Notes: generated by a model not told the origin, from the sequence alone. Positions 8,502 through 18,745 are shown, counted from the stretch's first letter. The stretch: DNA of 64,000 bases from Acidobacteria bacterium UBA2161 (GCA_002328835.1 DCWN01000043.1:81740-145739); one strand, 5' to 3'. A program made the numbers and translations.

Positions 8502-9239
8502 ATGAAATCGGCAACCTTCAGGATCTGGCGCGGCAACGCCGAGGGCGGCGAGTTCAAGGACTACTCGACCGAGATCAGCGAAGGCATGGTCGTGCTGGAC
8601 GCCGTTCTGCAGATTCAGGCGGCGGAGGCGAACGACCTCGCGGTGCGCTGGAACTGCAAGGCGGGGAAGTGCGGCTCGTGCTCGGCCGAAGTGAACGGCA
8701 ACCCGCGCCTGATGTGCATGACCCGCATGGATACGGTGCCGACCGATCAGCCGATCACGATCGAGCCGATGCAGACCTTCCCGTCGATCAGGGATCTCGT
8801 GACCGACGTGTCGTGGAACTTCAAGGTCAAGCAGGGCATCCCGCCGTTCACGCCGCGGCCGGCCGACGCGCCGGACGGCACCTGGCGGATGCAGCAGCGC
8901 GACGTGAACCGGGTGCAGGAGTTCCGGAAGTGCATCGAGTGCTTCCTGTGCCAGGACGTCTGCCACGTGCTACGGGATCATCGGAAGCACGGCGAGTTCA
9001 TCGGGCCGCGCTTCCTGGTCTACGCGGCGGCGCTGGAGATGCACCCGCTGGACGTGGCGGACCGCGTCGAGGCACTGGCCGAGGCCGACGGGATCGGCTA
9101 CTGCAACATCACGAAGTGCTGCACGAAGGTTTGCCCCGAGGAGATCACGATCACCGACAACGCGCTCATCCCGCTCAAGGAACGCGTCGTCGACCGCCTC
9201 TACGACCCGATCTCCAAGCTGCTGCGCCTGTTTCGCTGA
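8502..9239 (+). CDS. sdhB: succinate dehydrogenase/fumarate reductase iron-sulfur subunit
   Basis: Cys clusters CKAGKCGSCSAEVNG, CIECFLCQDVC and CNITKCCTKVCP. ATG at 8502, 5 nt after GAGG; the track start at 8496 is an in-frame GTG. Confidence 0.9.
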   Translation: MKSATFRIWRGNAEGGEFKDYSTEISEGMVVLDAVLQIQAAEANDLAVRWNCKAGKCGSCSAEVNGNPRLMCMTRMDTVPTDQPITIEPMQTFPSIRDLVTDVSWNFKVKQGIPPFTPRPADAPDGTWRMQQRDVNRVQEFRKCIECFLCQDVCHVLRDHRKHGEFIGPRFLVYAAALEMHPLDVADRVEALAEADGIGYCNITKCCTKVCPEEITITDNALIPLKERVVDRLYDPISKLLRLFR

Positions 9240-9246
9240 TCGTCCT

Positions 9247-9440
9247 CGCGCGAGGTTGGGCGTTGCGGTAGTCGATCCCTCTTGTTGGGAGGCGGCCGCT
9301 CGGATCTTCTTTCGGGAGAATCCTCTCCGAGAGCGCCCGGGCGGTCGATCTCGGGCTCACACCGTGGAAGCATCTTGCTTCGCTTGACCGTCGGCCGCCG
9401 ACGGGATCGACGGCGCAACGCCCAATCTCGAGCCACGAGG
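9247..9440 (+). repeat. Repeat family A, copy 2
   Basis: Shares GCGCGAGGTTGGGCGTTGCGGTAGTCGATCCC ... GGGAGGCGGCCGC ... GGCTCACACC ... GGGATCGACGGCGCAACGCCCAA with the other copies, in the same orientation. Confidence 0.8.
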
Positions 9441-9487
9441 CGAGTTTTGCCAGAGGCTTAACCTTCCAGCTGCGGATCGACGCCGGG

Positions 9488-10405
9488 TCAGTGCACCCAG
9501 CGGTCGTCGCGGTCCGGCTCCTCCCAGAGCGCCGCTTCCTCCGCCTCCCACTGCTGGCGCCGTGCCTGGCGCCGCCGCCGGTGGGTCCAGATTGCCAGCA
9601 ACGCCAGGAGCGTGACGCTCGACCAGAGCGTGTAGCCGCTCGTCAGCCACGGCAGCCACCGTTCGACGACCGACTGGCCCAGCATGAAGTCCAGTTCGAC
9701 CGAGCGCAGCGACCGGCCCGTGGCGATCCGCAGCGCCGCGTCGAACGACCGGCCGACCGCGACCATCGACAGAATCTCGGCCGGCGCCGCGGCGCCGTGC
9801 TCCTGGATCAACCGGCGCACCAGGCCGCCGGAGATTGCATAGGCTCGTGCCGGCGAGGCCCCGCCTTCGAGGAACCGGCGGTCGAGGGTAGCCAGCGTCA
9901 GCCGGCCCTCGACCAGCCGGGTCCAGGCGAGGCGGGTGCGATCGTTGAGTCCCCACGGGCGTTCGACCGTGATCGCCAGGCCTTCGCCGAACCAGCGCGG
10001 CAACGGTCGGCCGCGCGCCGCTCTGCCAATCAGGATGTGCGCGATCTCGTGACGCAGCACCGACTCGAGCGAGTCGTTCGGGTACGAAGGCGTTCGGGTG
10101 GGAAAGAGGACGATGAGGTCGCGGGCCGCGACGGCGTAGCCGGCAACCCAGTTCGGCACGCCGTCGCGTTGGGCGGCCGATTCGGCCGCCAACTCCACGC
10201 GGATCGGCGCCGTCACCCCGCGGATGCCCGAGAGCCAGACTGTCTGCAGCAGCGGCGTCGGATCGTAGCTGCGGATGCGCGTCGCGATGCCGTTGAACTG
10301 CTCGGGCGCCACGACGTCGAGCCGCAGCGTCTGGGCGCCGGCCGATGTCGCCGCGAGCCAGACCGCGACCGTCCAGCCAGTGACCGGCACGCTCCGACCG
10401 CGCAT
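9488..10405 (-). CDS. putative secreted/membrane-anchored zinc metallopeptidase (MA clan, HExxH)
   Basis: N-terminal signal-like segment, HEIAH motif, C-terminal TM helix (LWSSVTLLALLAIW) followed by a charged tail. Confidence 0.6.
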   Translation of the reverse strand: MRGRSVPVTGWTVAVWLAATSAGAQTLRLDVVAPEQFNGIATRIRSYDPTPLLQTVWLSGIRGVTAPIRVELAAESAAQRDGVPNWVAGYAVAARDLIVLFPTRTPSYPNDSLESVLRHEIAHILIGRAARGRPLPRWFGEGLAITVERPWGLNDRTRLAWTRLVEGRLTLATLDRRFLEGGASPARAYAISGGLVRRLIQEHGAAAPAEILSMVAVGRSFDAALRIATGRSLRSVELDFMLGQSVVERWLPWLTSGYTLWSSVTLLALLAIWTHRRRRQARRQQWEAEEAALWEEPDRDDRWVH

Positions 10406-10452
10406 GCTCGCTACAGTATCACCGTGCCGCGCGGCGCTCGTCGCGGGGGCTG

Positions 10453-11523
10453 CTAGGTTCCGAGGACGCGCGCGATCTCGTCGCGGTCGGGTGTTTCGAG
10501 TGGGCGGGTCTCGCCGTTCACCTCGATCGTCACCCCGGCCGATTCCGGCCGCACTTCGGCAATGGTCTGCGCCGGGATGCTCCGCTCGGCGAGCGCGGTC
10601 ACGATCCGATCGGCGTCGGCCGGTGGCGCCCCGATCAGTAGGGCGCCCGAGGCGATGAGCCGCATCGGGTTGACGTCGAACGGGCGGCAGACCGCGGCGG
10701 TTTCCGGAAAGATCTGGACCCGGCCCGCCTCGAGATGCAGGCCCAGGGACGACGCGGCCGCGAGTTCACACAGCCCGCCGGCCAACCCGCCCTCGGTCGG
10801 GTCGTGCATCGCATGCACGCCGCCCGTGCCCACCGCGGTGCGGGCGGCCGTGACGACGCTGATGCCGGGCTCGAAGAGAAAGTTCTCGGCGCGCGCCAGC
10901 GTGTCGCCGTCCAGCTCCGATGCTAGGGCGTCGTGCTTCTCGCGGGCCAGCAGCGCCGTGCCTTCGATGGCGATGCCCTGGGTGAGCACGATCCGGTCGC
11001 CCACTTCGAGGCCGGTCTTCGTCACCAGGGCGTCGCGCGCCACCTCGCCGAGCAGCTGGCCGACGACAATCGGGCGTTCGAGTCCGGTCGTGATCTCCGT
11101 GTGCCCTCCGCAGACGGTGATCCCGAGCCCCGCGGCGGTGTCATGCACGTCGCGCATGATGTCGTCGACGAGCCTTGCGGTCGTGGCGTGCTCGGGCAGC
11201 AGCAGCACGATCGACAGCCAGCGCGGCGTGGCGCCCATGGCGGCGATGTCGTTGGCGTTGACGTGCACCGCGTACCATCCGATCCGATCCGTCGCGAAGG
11301 TGATCGGGTCAGTGGTGACCACCAGGCACTGGTCGCCGAAGGCGATCGCGGCCGCATCCTCGCCGAGTTGGGGTCCGACGATCACGCGCGGATCGGTACG
11401 CCGGAGTCCGGTGAGCATCGCATCCAGCTGCGCGGCCGGCAACTTGCCCGCCGCGACGCGGGAGCGCTGGTTGTCTGGGGGCACGAGGGCGCCGAGGGTA
11501 CCATCTGCCCCCGGAGTGGTCAA
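10453..11523 (-). CDS. AIR synthase-related protein (PurM/HypE/ThiL superfamily)
   Basis: GEDAAAI, TTDPITF and ANDIAAMGA motifs typical of the PurM-like N-domain. The track start is TTG, so the true start is uncertain. Confidence 0.7.
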   Translation of the reverse strand: MTTPGADGTLGALVPPDNQRSRVAAGKLPAAQLDAMLTGLRRTDPRVIVGPQLGEDAAAIAFGDQCLVVTTDPITFATDRIGWYAVHVNANDIAAMGATPRWLSIVLLLPEHATTARLVDDIMRDVHDTAAGLGITVCGGHTEITTGLERPIVVGQLLGEVARDALVTKTGLEVGDRIVLTQGIAIEGTALLAREKHDALASELDGDTLARAENFLFEPGISVVTAARTAVGTGGVHAMHDPTEGGLAGGLCELAAASSLGLHLEAGRVQIFPETAAVCRPFDVNPMRLIASGALLIGAPPADADRIVTALAERSIPAQTIAEVRPESAGVTIEVNGETRPLETPDRDEIARVLGT

Positions 11524-11600
11524 TTTGGGGCAGTGAACAGGGCGACGAACCGGCCTTCTCTGTATAATGAACTGTTTAGCGGTGCCCGGATACGAACACC

Positions 11601-12197
11601 ATGATTCAACGAGCCGTGACCTCGCGGCTGCCCACGCGCTACGGTGAATTCCTGCTGCATGCCTATGTCGAGGAGCGGGAGGATGAGGAACCCCGCGTCC
11701 ATCTGGCGTTGGTGCGTGGCACCGTCGAAGCCGAGCCGGCGCCGTTGCTCAGGATCCACTCGGAATGTCTGACCGGCGACCTGCTGGCCTCGGTTCGCTG
11801 CGACTGCGGTGAACAGCTCGACCAGGCGCTCGCGGCGATCGGCGAGGCGCCAGGCGGCATCCTGATCTACCTGCGCCAGGAAGGGCGGGGCATCGGCCTC
11901 GTGAACAAGCTGCGCGCGTACAACCTTCAGGACGACGGGCTGGATACCGTCGACGCCAACCTCCACCTCGGGTTCGATCCCGACGAGCGCGATTACTCGG
12001 CGGCCGTGGATATACTCGAGGATCTCGGTGTGCCGGCAGTCCGGCTGCTCACGAACAATCCGAACAAGATCGCAGCCTTCGAGCGGTCGCAGGTCCGGGT
12101 GGTGGAACGCCTTCCGCTGGTGGTGAGCGAAACGGCCGAGAATGCGAACTACCTCGAGACCAAGCGGCGGCGGCTCGGGCATCTGCCGGGCGCCTAA
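11601..12197 (+). CDS. ribA: GTP cyclohydrolase II
   Basis: Motifs seen: RIHSECLTGD..CDCG (zinc Cys), YLRQEGRGIGL, LLTNNP. Confidence 0.9.
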   Translation: MIQRAVTSRLPTRYGEFLLHAYVEEREDEEPRVHLALVRGTVEAEPAPLLRIHSECLTGDLLASVRCDCGEQLDQALAAIGEAPGGILIYLRQEGRGIGLVNKLRAYNLQDDGLDTVDANLHLGFDPDERDYSAAVDILEDLGVPAVRLLTNNPNKIAAFERSQVRVVERLPLVVSETAENANYLETKRRRLGHLPGA

Positions 12198-12296
12198 GCG
12201 CGTTGCCAGATTCGCTGGATGTCCAACTATCGGAGCGGGCTATAATCGAGAGAGCGGTATCGACCCGGCCACACGGCGCCGCCATCTGGAACCCAG

Positions 12297-13427
12297 GTGG
12301 CCGCCGATTCCGTCTTATCTGAGGTGAGCGTGTTGCGATCGGTTGTTCGTGCATCTTCCGTCGTCGGCCTGGCACTCCTGGTCTCGTTCGCTTCACCGGG
12401 CGCGGTCGAGGCACAGTTCGGCGCCGGCCCGAGCCCGGTGCGCTACACCGAGGCTCAGGCCCACACGATGCGTCGCTCGGTGCAACTGCCCGGCACCGTC
12501 GAATCGGCGTCGATGAGCATCGTCGCCAGCGAGATGGCGGGCCTCGTCACCGAATTGCCGGCGCGGGAGGGGATGGCGGTCAGCCAGGGCGACATCCTCG
12601 CCAGCCTGCGCAGTACGAATCTCGAGTTGCGGATGCAGGCCACCGAGTCTGAACTGCGCGAGGCCGAAGCTCGCGCCCAACTGGCCGAGCGGGAGCTGGA
12701 GCGGGCGCGCGACCTGTTCGCCGATGAGTTGTTCAGCCAGCAGCAGCTCGACGGCGCCGAGTTCGAGTTCAATGCGCGCATCGGCAAGCAGGCGCAACTC
12801 GAGGCCGACCTGGCGGTGCTGCAGGACGACCTGGAGCGGTCGGTGATCCGCGCGCCATTCGACGGCGTCGTCGTGGACGAGCAGACCGAGGTCGGCCAGT
12901 GGCTCACGGTAGGCGGACCGGTGGTCGAGTTGCACGCCCTTAGCCGGTTGGAAGTGGTTGTCGAAGTACCCGAGCGGTACTTCGGTGCGATCGAACGGGG
13001 CACGGTCGCCACGGTGCAAGTGGGGTCCCTCGATGGCCTCGAGGTCGAAGGGCGGGTCAACGCCATCATTCCCCGCGCCAGCACACAGGCCCGCACGTTT
13101 CCGGTCAAGGTGAGGATCGACAACTCGAAGAGCCGGATCGGCGTCGGCATGCTGACGCAGGTGGCGTTCCCGATCGGCGAGAGCTACGACGCGGTCGTCG
13201 TGCCGAAGGACGCGCTGGTCCTGCGCGGACCGCAACGGTTCGTCTACGTCATCGGCGACGACGACGCGGCGGCCATCTTGCCGGTCGAGGTCGGCTCGGG
13301 GGCCGGCCAGTGGATTGCCATCGAGGGGCCGGTGCCGGCCGGCAGCCGGGTGATCACGCGGGGCAACGAACGCTTGCAGCCAGGTCAGGCCGTGGCCGGC
13401 GAGGCGCTCGATTACCCGCTGCCGTAG
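12297..13427 (+). CDS. efflux transporter periplasmic adaptor (membrane fusion protein, HlyD/RND-MFP family)
   Basis: Signal/anchor segment, long coiled-coil hairpin (ESELREAEARAQLAERELERARDL), then beta-barrel and MP domains. The start may be an internal GTG/TTG near 12324-12333, after GAGGTGA. Confidence 0.8.
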   Translation: MAADSVLSEVSVLRSVVRASSVVGLALLVSFASPGAVEAQFGAGPSPVRYTEAQAHTMRRSVQLPGTVESASMSIVASEMAGLVTELPAREGMAVSQGDILASLRSTNLELRMQATESELREAEARAQLAERELERARDLFADELFSQQQLDGAEFEFNARIGKQAQLEADLAVLQDDLERSVIRAPFDGVVVDEQTEVGQWLTVGGPVVELHALSRLEVVVEVPERYFGAIERGTVATVQVGSLDGLEVEGRVNAIIPRASTQARTFPVKVRIDNSKSRIGVGMLTQVAFPIGESYDAVVVPKDALVLRGPQRFVYVIGDDDAAAILPVEVGSGAGQWIAIEGPVPAGSRVITRGNERLQPGQAVAGEALDYPLP

Positions 13428-13448
13428 CAGCCTGCTACCCTGCGCCGC

Positions 13449-14558
13449 ATGGAAGCCGCCTGGCTCAATCCACGCGAGCGGCGAGCTCTCGACGCCCCGG
13501 TCATTTCAGCGACAGAGCTCGACCGGGTTGCCGAGTTCTATCGATCCTGCCCGGCTCTCGAACCGACCCCTCTCCACAGACTCGCCGGCCTCGCCGAGGA
13601 ACTCGGTGTCGGCGAGCTGCTACTCAAGGACGAATCGGGCCGCTTCGGACTGAACGCATTCAAGATCCTGGGCGTCTCGTACGCCTTCCATCGGGCCATG
13701 GCGACGCGCGGAGACGGTGACACGCCCGTCGTCGCGTGCGCCTCGGCCGGGAACCACGGCCGAGCCGTGGCGCGAGCAGCCCGTGAGTTCAGGTGCGCGG
13801 CGCGAATCTACCTTCCGGCGGGTACGGCCCCCGCGCGCGTCGAGGCGATCGTCTCCGAGGGCGCCGACGTCACGGTGACCGACGTCGGCTACGAGGCGTC
13901 GATTCAGCAGGTGGCGCGTGACGCCGAACGCGAGGGCTGGCTGGTCATTTCGGACACCTCCTGGCCGGGCTACGACGAGGTGCCGCGCTGGATCATGGCG
14001 GGCTACACCTGGATGATGACCGAGGCCGAAGAGCAGTGGGCACCGTCGCCGCCTCCCGACGTCGTGATTGTTCAGGGCGGCGTCGGCGGCCTCGTCTGCG
14101 CCGGCGCCAGCTGGTTCGCGCAGCGCTACGGCGTGGAGCGGCCGCTCTTCATCGCGGCGGAGCCGGCCGCGGCGCCCTGCTTGCTCGAATCGGCGAAGGC
14201 CGGCGGACCGGTCGTGGCCGAGGAGCGCCAGACGATCATGGCCTGTCTCAAGTGTGCCGAGATCTCGCCGGTCATTTGGCCGGTCCTCGCCGATGCGGTT
14301 GACGCCGTCGTGGCGATCGACGATCGGCGCGCCGCATGGGCGATGCGACGCCTCGCGAATCCGGCACCGGGGGAGCCGGAGATCGTGTCAGGTGGTTCGG
14401 GCGCGTGCGGCCTCGGCGCGCTCCAGGCGATCGTGACGGACCAGGTCTTCGCGCCGGTCCGCGCCGCCGCCGGGCTCGGCCCCACGTCACGCGTCCTCGT
14501 CGTGAATACCGAAGGCGCAACCGACCCGGTGCTGTATCGATCGATCGTCGGCGACTGA
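13449..14558 (+). CDS. diaminopropionate ammonia-lyase-like PLP enzyme (tryptophan synthase beta fold)
   Basis: Motifs seen: LLLKDESGRFGLNAFKILG (PLP lysine), ASAGNHGRAVA, and the family's typical N-terminal extension. Confidence 0.75.
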   Translation: MEAAWLNPRERRALDAPVISATELDRVAEFYRSCPALEPTPLHRLAGLAEELGVGELLLKDESGRFGLNAFKILGVSYAFHRAMATRGDGDTPVVACASAGNHGRAVARAAREFRCAARIYLPAGTAPARVEAIVSEGADVTVTDVGYEASIQQVARDAEREGWLVISDTSWPGYDEVPRWIMAGYTWMMTEAEEQWAPSPPPDVVIVQGGVGGLVCAGASWFAQRYGVERPLFIAAEPAAAPCLLESAKAGGPVVAEERQTIMACLKCAEISPVIWPVLADAVDAVVAIDDRRAAWAMRRLANPAPGEPEIVSGGSGACGLGALQAIVTDQVFAPVRAAAGLGPTSRVLVVNTEGATDPVLYRSIVGD

Positions 14559-14658
14559 CCGGCATCGGCACCAGCTCTCGAACGTCGCTTGCTCGCCGCC
14601 CGGATCCCGGCGATGATACAGCCTCGCATCAGCCCACCATGAGCGAGGCCCAGACGGC

Positions 14659-16005
14659 ATGACGGCTCCGGTCACCCTACGCCGTGCGCTCGGCAGGTGG
14701 GATCTCACCGCGATCGGCATCAACCAGGTCATCGGCAGCGGCATCTTCCTGTTGCCGTCGGCCGTGACCCAGCAGGTGGGCACCTGGGCGGCGCTGGCGT
14801 TCGCCTTCGCGGGCCTGGCGTCGCTCCTCGTCGCACTCTGCTTCGCCGAGGTGGGGAGCCGCTTCGAGGTCACGGGCGGCCCGTACGTCTACACCCGCGC
14901 GGCGTTCGGCCGATTCGTCGGGTTCGAGGTCGGCTGGATGCAGTGGGTGACCCGGATCACGAGCTGGGCGGGCGTGGCCAACGGCATCCCCCTCGCGCTG
15001 GCCTTCTACTTTCCGGCGATGGCCACCGGGTTGCCGCACACACTGTTCATCCTCGGGCTCTTCGGTGCGCTGGCGGGGATCAACCTGCTCGGCGTCCGCC
15101 AGGGCGCCTGGGCGGTCAACTTCTTCACCGTCAGCAAGTTGCTGCCGCTGGGTCTCTTCATTCTGATCGGCCTGTTCTTCGTCCAGCCCGAGCCGTTCGC
15201 GATCTACCCCTCGGTGTCGTGGGCCGAGGGCTCGGCCGCGGGGTTGCTGCTGATCTTCGCCTTCGGCGGCTTCGACGTTGTCCCCGTGCCGGCCGGTGAG
15301 GCGTCGAACCCGCGCGGCCAGGTGCCGTTCGCGATGATCACGACGATCGCCGCGGTCACCGCTGTCATGCTGCTGGCGCAGGTCGTGACGATGGGGACCC
15401 TACCCGGGCTGAACGATTCGTCGACACCGCTCGCCGACGCCGCGTTCGTCTTCATGGGCGCGGGCGGCGCGTTGATGATTGGCCTGGGGTCGGTGATCTC
15501 GATGACCGGCAACAACGCCGGTCAGGTGTTGACCTCATCGCGCATGCTGTTCGCCCTGGCCGAGCACGGAGAGCTGCCCGCGCGGATCGCCGATGTGCAC
15601 CCGCGATATCGGACACCGCACGTCTCGATTCTCGCTTCCACCGGCATCGCCGTGGCGCTAGCGCTGTCCGGGTCGTTCGTGGCGCTGGCCACGGCGAGTG
15701 CCATTGCCCGCCTGGTCACCTACACCGGCGTGGCCGCGGCCACGCTGCGGCTGCGGAGCCCCGACCACGACGGCCGCGTGCGGCCGCCGACGTTCCGGAC
15801 GCCGCTTGGTGCGCTGGTACCCGTCCTGGCGATGGCGGTCTCGGTGATTATTCTCGTTGGCGCGTCACGCGAGCAGTTGATCGGCGGGGCGGCGGCTCTG
15901 GCGCTTGGCGCGGTCGTCTTCTTCCTGAACGATCGCGTCACCGGGGGGCCGGCGCGCCGCGAGTCGGTCTCGCACGAGGCGTCGGTCACACTGGATCGCG
16001 TCTGA
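14659..16005 (+). CDS. APC-family amino acid permease
   Basis: About 12 hydrophobic segments. N-terminal GINQVIGSGIFLLPS motif typical of amino acid/polyamine/organocation transporters. Confidence 0.85.
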   Translation: MTAPVTLRRALGRWDLTAIGINQVIGSGIFLLPSAVTQQVGTWAALAFAFAGLASLLVALCFAEVGSRFEVTGGPYVYTRAAFGRFVGFEVGWMQWVTRITSWAGVANGIPLALAFYFPAMATGLPHTLFILGLFGALAGINLLGVRQGAWAVNFFTVSKLLPLGLFILIGLFFVQPEPFAIYPSVSWAEGSAAGLLLIFAFGGFDVVPVPAGEASNPRGQVPFAMITTIAAVTAVMLLAQVVTMGTLPGLNDSSTPLADAAFVFMGAGGALMIGLGSVISMTGNNAGQVLTSSRMLFALAEHGELPARIADVHPRYRTPHVSILASTGIAVALALSGSFVALATASAIARLVTYTGVAAATLRLRSPDHDGRVRPPTFRTPLGALVPVLAMAVSVIILVGASREQLIGGAAALALGAVVFFLNDRVTGGPARRESVSHEASVTLDRV

Positions 16006-16043
16006 GACGACCAACCCCGACGGATGCGGATGGAGAAGCAGCG

Positions 16044-16580
16044 ATGACTTGCCTGGCTCGAGTGTTCGGTGTCGCCGCGGCGACCGTCGCGGCGTTTTCA
16101 GCGGCGGTGTCGGCCCAGGAGGCGATCTTCATTGTGCGGCACGCCGAGCGGACGGACCAGTCCTCCGACTCGACGCTGTCCGCGGAAGGCGAGAGCCGCG
16201 CGGAGCGGCTGGCCCGCCATCTGCGGGACGCCGGCATCGACGCGATCTACTCGACCAGCTTCCGGCGCACGCTCGGCACGGCGGCGCCGCTGGCTGAAGC
16301 ACTGGGCCTCGACGTGCAGACCGAGCCGACGCTCGGCCCGGCCCCGATGGGCTCGGACGACCGGGTGGGCCGCTACGTCGAAGAACTGGTCACGCGGCTC
16401 GGTGAGCGGCACGGCGCCGATCGCGTGGTCGTCGTCGGGCACTCGAACACACTACCGGCACTGCTCGCCGCGCTCGGCCATCCGGAACCGATCTCGATCG
16501 CCGGCGACGAGTACGACAATCTATTTGTTGTCTTGCCCCAGCCTGACAGTCCGCCGACCGTGCTGCGGATCCGGTTCTGA
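16044..16580 (+). CDS. histidine phosphatase (phosphoglycerate mutase-like) family protein, secreted
   Basis: Signal peptide, the catalytic IVRHAER motif, and VVVGHSNT. Confidence 0.8.
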   Translation: MTCLARVFGVAAATVAAFSAAVSAQEAIFIVRHAERTDQSSDSTLSAEGESRAERLARHLRDAGIDAIYSTSFRRTLGTAAPLAEALGLDVQTEPTLGPAPMGSDDRVGRYVEELVTRLGERHGADRVVVVGHSNTLPALLAALGHPEPISIAGDEYDNLFVVLPQPDSPPTVLRIRF

Positions 16581-16620
16581 AAGAGGCTGCGAGGCATCCC
16601 GCGCCCCTAAGGTCTGACTT

Positions 16621-16846
16621 GGGCGCGAGGGTGGGTGTTGCGCTGGTCGATCCCTTCTTAGGGAGGCGGCCGCCTGGATGGTCGACATGCGAGGAGGGGC
16701 TTCGCGCTCGCTCAGTCGGTTGAGCAGTGGCTCACACCTTAGAAGCACTCTGAGACCGACTGTTCGACGGACGCCGACGGGATCGACGGCGCAACACCCA
16801 GCCTCGTGACGAGAAACCGGCTCGGCGCAATGCCCAGCGTCGTGCC
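16621..16846 (+). repeat. Repeat family A, copy 3 (with a partial duplication of the right end)
   Basis: GGGCGCGAGGGTGGGTGTTGCGCTGGTCGATCCC ... GGGAGGCGGCCGCC ... GGCTCACACC ... GGGATCGACGGCGCAACACCCAGCCTCGTG. A second right-end fragment, CGGCGCAATGCCCAGCGTCGTGCCC, lies at about 16822-16846. Confidence 0.8.
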
Positions 16847-16855
16847 CAGAAGAGA

Positions 16856-17524
16856 TCAGACGAAGCTGACGAACTCGTCCAACGGCTTCTTCGTGATCGC
16901 CGGGACCTTTGCATCGTCGGCGGGGTAGCCGACGACCAGTAGCAGGAACGGGCGCTCGTGCGACGGGCGGCCGAGAATCTCGTTCAGGAACCCCATCGGG
17001 CTCGGCGTGTGCGTGAGCGACGCCAATCCGGCGTGGTGGAGCGCCATGATGAGGAATCCGGCCGCAATACCGACCGACTCCTGCACGTAGTAGTGCTTCA
17101 CCTTGCGCCCGTCGGGCAGCACGCCGAACGTCTCGCCGAAGATCGCGATCAGGTTCGGCGCGGTTTCCAGAAACGGCTTGTTCGAGTCGGTGCCGAGCGG
17201 CGCGAGCGCGTCGAGCCACTCCTGCGGCGCGCGGCCGCCGTAAAACGCCCGCTCTTCTTCCTCGGCGCCGGCGCGGATCTTCGACTTCACCGCCGGGTCC
17301 GAGACGACGACGAAGTGCCACGGTTGCAGGTTGGCACCGCTCGGCGCCGTTCCCGCGGCCCGCAGGCAGTTCTCGATCACCTCGCGCTCGACCGGGCGGT
17401 CGGAGTACTCACGAACGGTGCGGCGGTGCGTCGATTCTTCGTAGAACTCGAGCGCGCGGTGCCGCATCTCGTCCGTGGGCAGTTCGCGGTAATGGGGGAG
17501 CGGCAGGAACGTCGGAGTCGTCAT
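16856..17524 (-). CDS. nitroreductase-family flavoprotein (iodotyrosine deiodinase/BluB-like subgroup)
   Basis: ORF 16856..17644 trimmed to the ATG at 17524 ([12 protein letters not shown]). Motifs seen: [20 protein letters not shown]. Confidence 0.8.
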   Translation of the reverse strand: MTTPTFLPLPHYRELPTDEMRHRALEFYEESTHRRTVREYSDRPVEREVIENCLRAAGTAPSGANLQPWHFVVVSDPAVKSKIRAGAEEEERAFYGGRAPQEWLDALAPLGTDSNKPFLETAPNLIAIFGETFGVLPDGRKVKHYYVQESVGIAAGFLIMALHHAGLASLTHTPSPMGFLNEILGRPSHERPFLLLVVGYPADDAKVPAITKKPLDEFVSFV

Positions 17525-17797
17525 GATCAGTCTCTTGAGGTTCGCGATCGTCGAAGCGCGGCATTCTAGCACGCGGGGCGTACGTCGTTCGCCGTCCCGC
17601 GACCCGCGCAGCGGGGTGCACGCATCGGCACGAAACTGCACCATCGTGCATCGTACGACGTTCTCCGTCGTAGTCCAGCAGCGCTCACAACATCTTTAAC
17701 TACAATAGGTTGCACGGTCTCGCCGAATCGTCTGGAGTGCTCGAGGTCGTGCCTCCTCTTATTAATGTGGTGACCGCGATAAGATCGCTGGCCGACG

Positions 17798-18745
17798 ATG
17801 ACGAACGAGGCCCCTTCACACTTCGCAATTCTCGGTTCAGGCGCTGTCGGCGGGTACTACGGCGCGAAGCTGGCGCGCGCCGGCCACCGTGTCACGTTTC
17901 TCGCGCGCGGCGCGCATCTCGAGGCGATGCGCGAGCGCGGGTTGCAGATCCGCAGCGTGCTCGGCGACTTTGCGGTGCCCGCGGAAGCCACCAACGATCC
18001 GGCGTCGATCGGCCCGGTCGATGCGGTGCTGTTCACTGTGAAGACCTACGACAACGACACGGCATTGCCGATGCTGTCGCCGCTCGTCGGCGATGCGACG
18101 ACCGTCCTGACGCTGCAGAACGGCATCGATAGCTCCGATGAGGTGGCCGCCGTGGCCGGGGAGGAGCGAGTGCTGGGTGGGGCGACCTACATCGCGACCG
18201 CGCTCTCCGCACCCGGACTCATCGAGCAGACCGGCACACACCGAAAGATCGTCTTCGGCGAGGTCTTCGGCGACCGCTCGCGGGTGTCGGACCGCGTGTC
18301 GACGCTCGGCCAGCTCATGGAGGCTGCCGACATCGAGATCGAGACGGTGGCCGACGCCCGCCGTCGCCTCTGGGAGAAGCTCATCTACCTCTGCCCGTTC
18401 GCGTCGTTCACCGGAGCGGCGCGATCGCCGATCGGCAAGCTGTGGAGTGATGCCGATACCCGGGAGCGCTTCATGGCGGCGGTGAGAGAAGTCGAGGCGG
18501 TCGCCCGGGCCGAGGGCGTGAAGGTGAGCGACGAGGTGACCAAGGACATCCGTGCCTATATGGAGGCGCTGCCGCCGGCGACGCGCTCGTCGATGCTGAT
18601 CGATCTATCCCAGGGGAAGCGGATCGAGGTGGAGGCACTTCAAGGCACGATCGTCCGGCGGGGCCAGAGGCTGGGTGTCCCCACGCCGATCGTCGGCGCC
18701 CACTACGCGGTGCTCAAGCCGCATGCCGGGGGCGCGCCGGCGTGA
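17798..18745 (+). CDS. panE: 2-dehydropantoate 2-reductase
   Basis: Has ILGSGAVGGYYG (Rossmann), the ApbA/PanE N and C domains, and SSMLIDL. Confidence 0.8.
   Translation: MTNEAPSHFAILGSGAVGGYYGAKLARAGHRVTFLARGAHLEAMRERGLQIRSVLGDFAVPAEATNDPASIGPVDAVLFTVKTYDNDTALPMLSPLVGDATTVLTLQNGIDSSDEVAAVAGEERVLGGATYIATALSAPGLIEQTGTHRKIVFGEVFGDRSRVSDRVSTLGQLMEAADIEIETVADARRRLWEKLIYLCPFASFTGAARSPIGKLWSDADTRERFMAAVREVEAVARAEGVKVSDEVTKDIRAYMEALPPATRSSMLIDLSQGKRIEVEALQGTIVRRGQRLGVPTPIVGAHYAVLKPHAGGAPA

Noticed and set aside
8360-8557. A conserved peptide (SGLRPEPPRG..RGPRVPHS.PREARRAR) seen both in a minus-strand ORF here and in the sigma-factor tail, suggesting a small protein or domain.
   Set aside because: The similarity is a by-product of translating two copies of the same GC-rich DNA repeat in the same frame. 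At 8360-8557 the ORF is antisense to the sdh operon spacer and the sdhB start.
10453-11523. Possibility that the PurM-like protein is SelD (selenophosphate synthetase), which would support Sec decoding for the Grx-like gene.
   Set aside because: The N-terminus lacks the SelD glycine-rich Cys/Sec-Lys loop (G-[CU]-G-x-K type). The sequence looks like the generic AIR-synthase-related/HypE-like group. No Sec machinery is visible in this window.
11524-11600. An FMN riboswitch upstream of ribA.
   Set aside because: Only 77 nt are available, and none of the conserved FMN-element segments could be recognised. The region holds just a TATAAT box (11563-11568).
16677-16808. A 43-codon ORF (ATGGTCGACATGCGAGGAGGG...) inside repeat A copy 3, preceded by GGGAGG.
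   Set aside because: Copies 1 and 2 have no equivalent start codon or conserved frame, so the repeat is not protein-coding.
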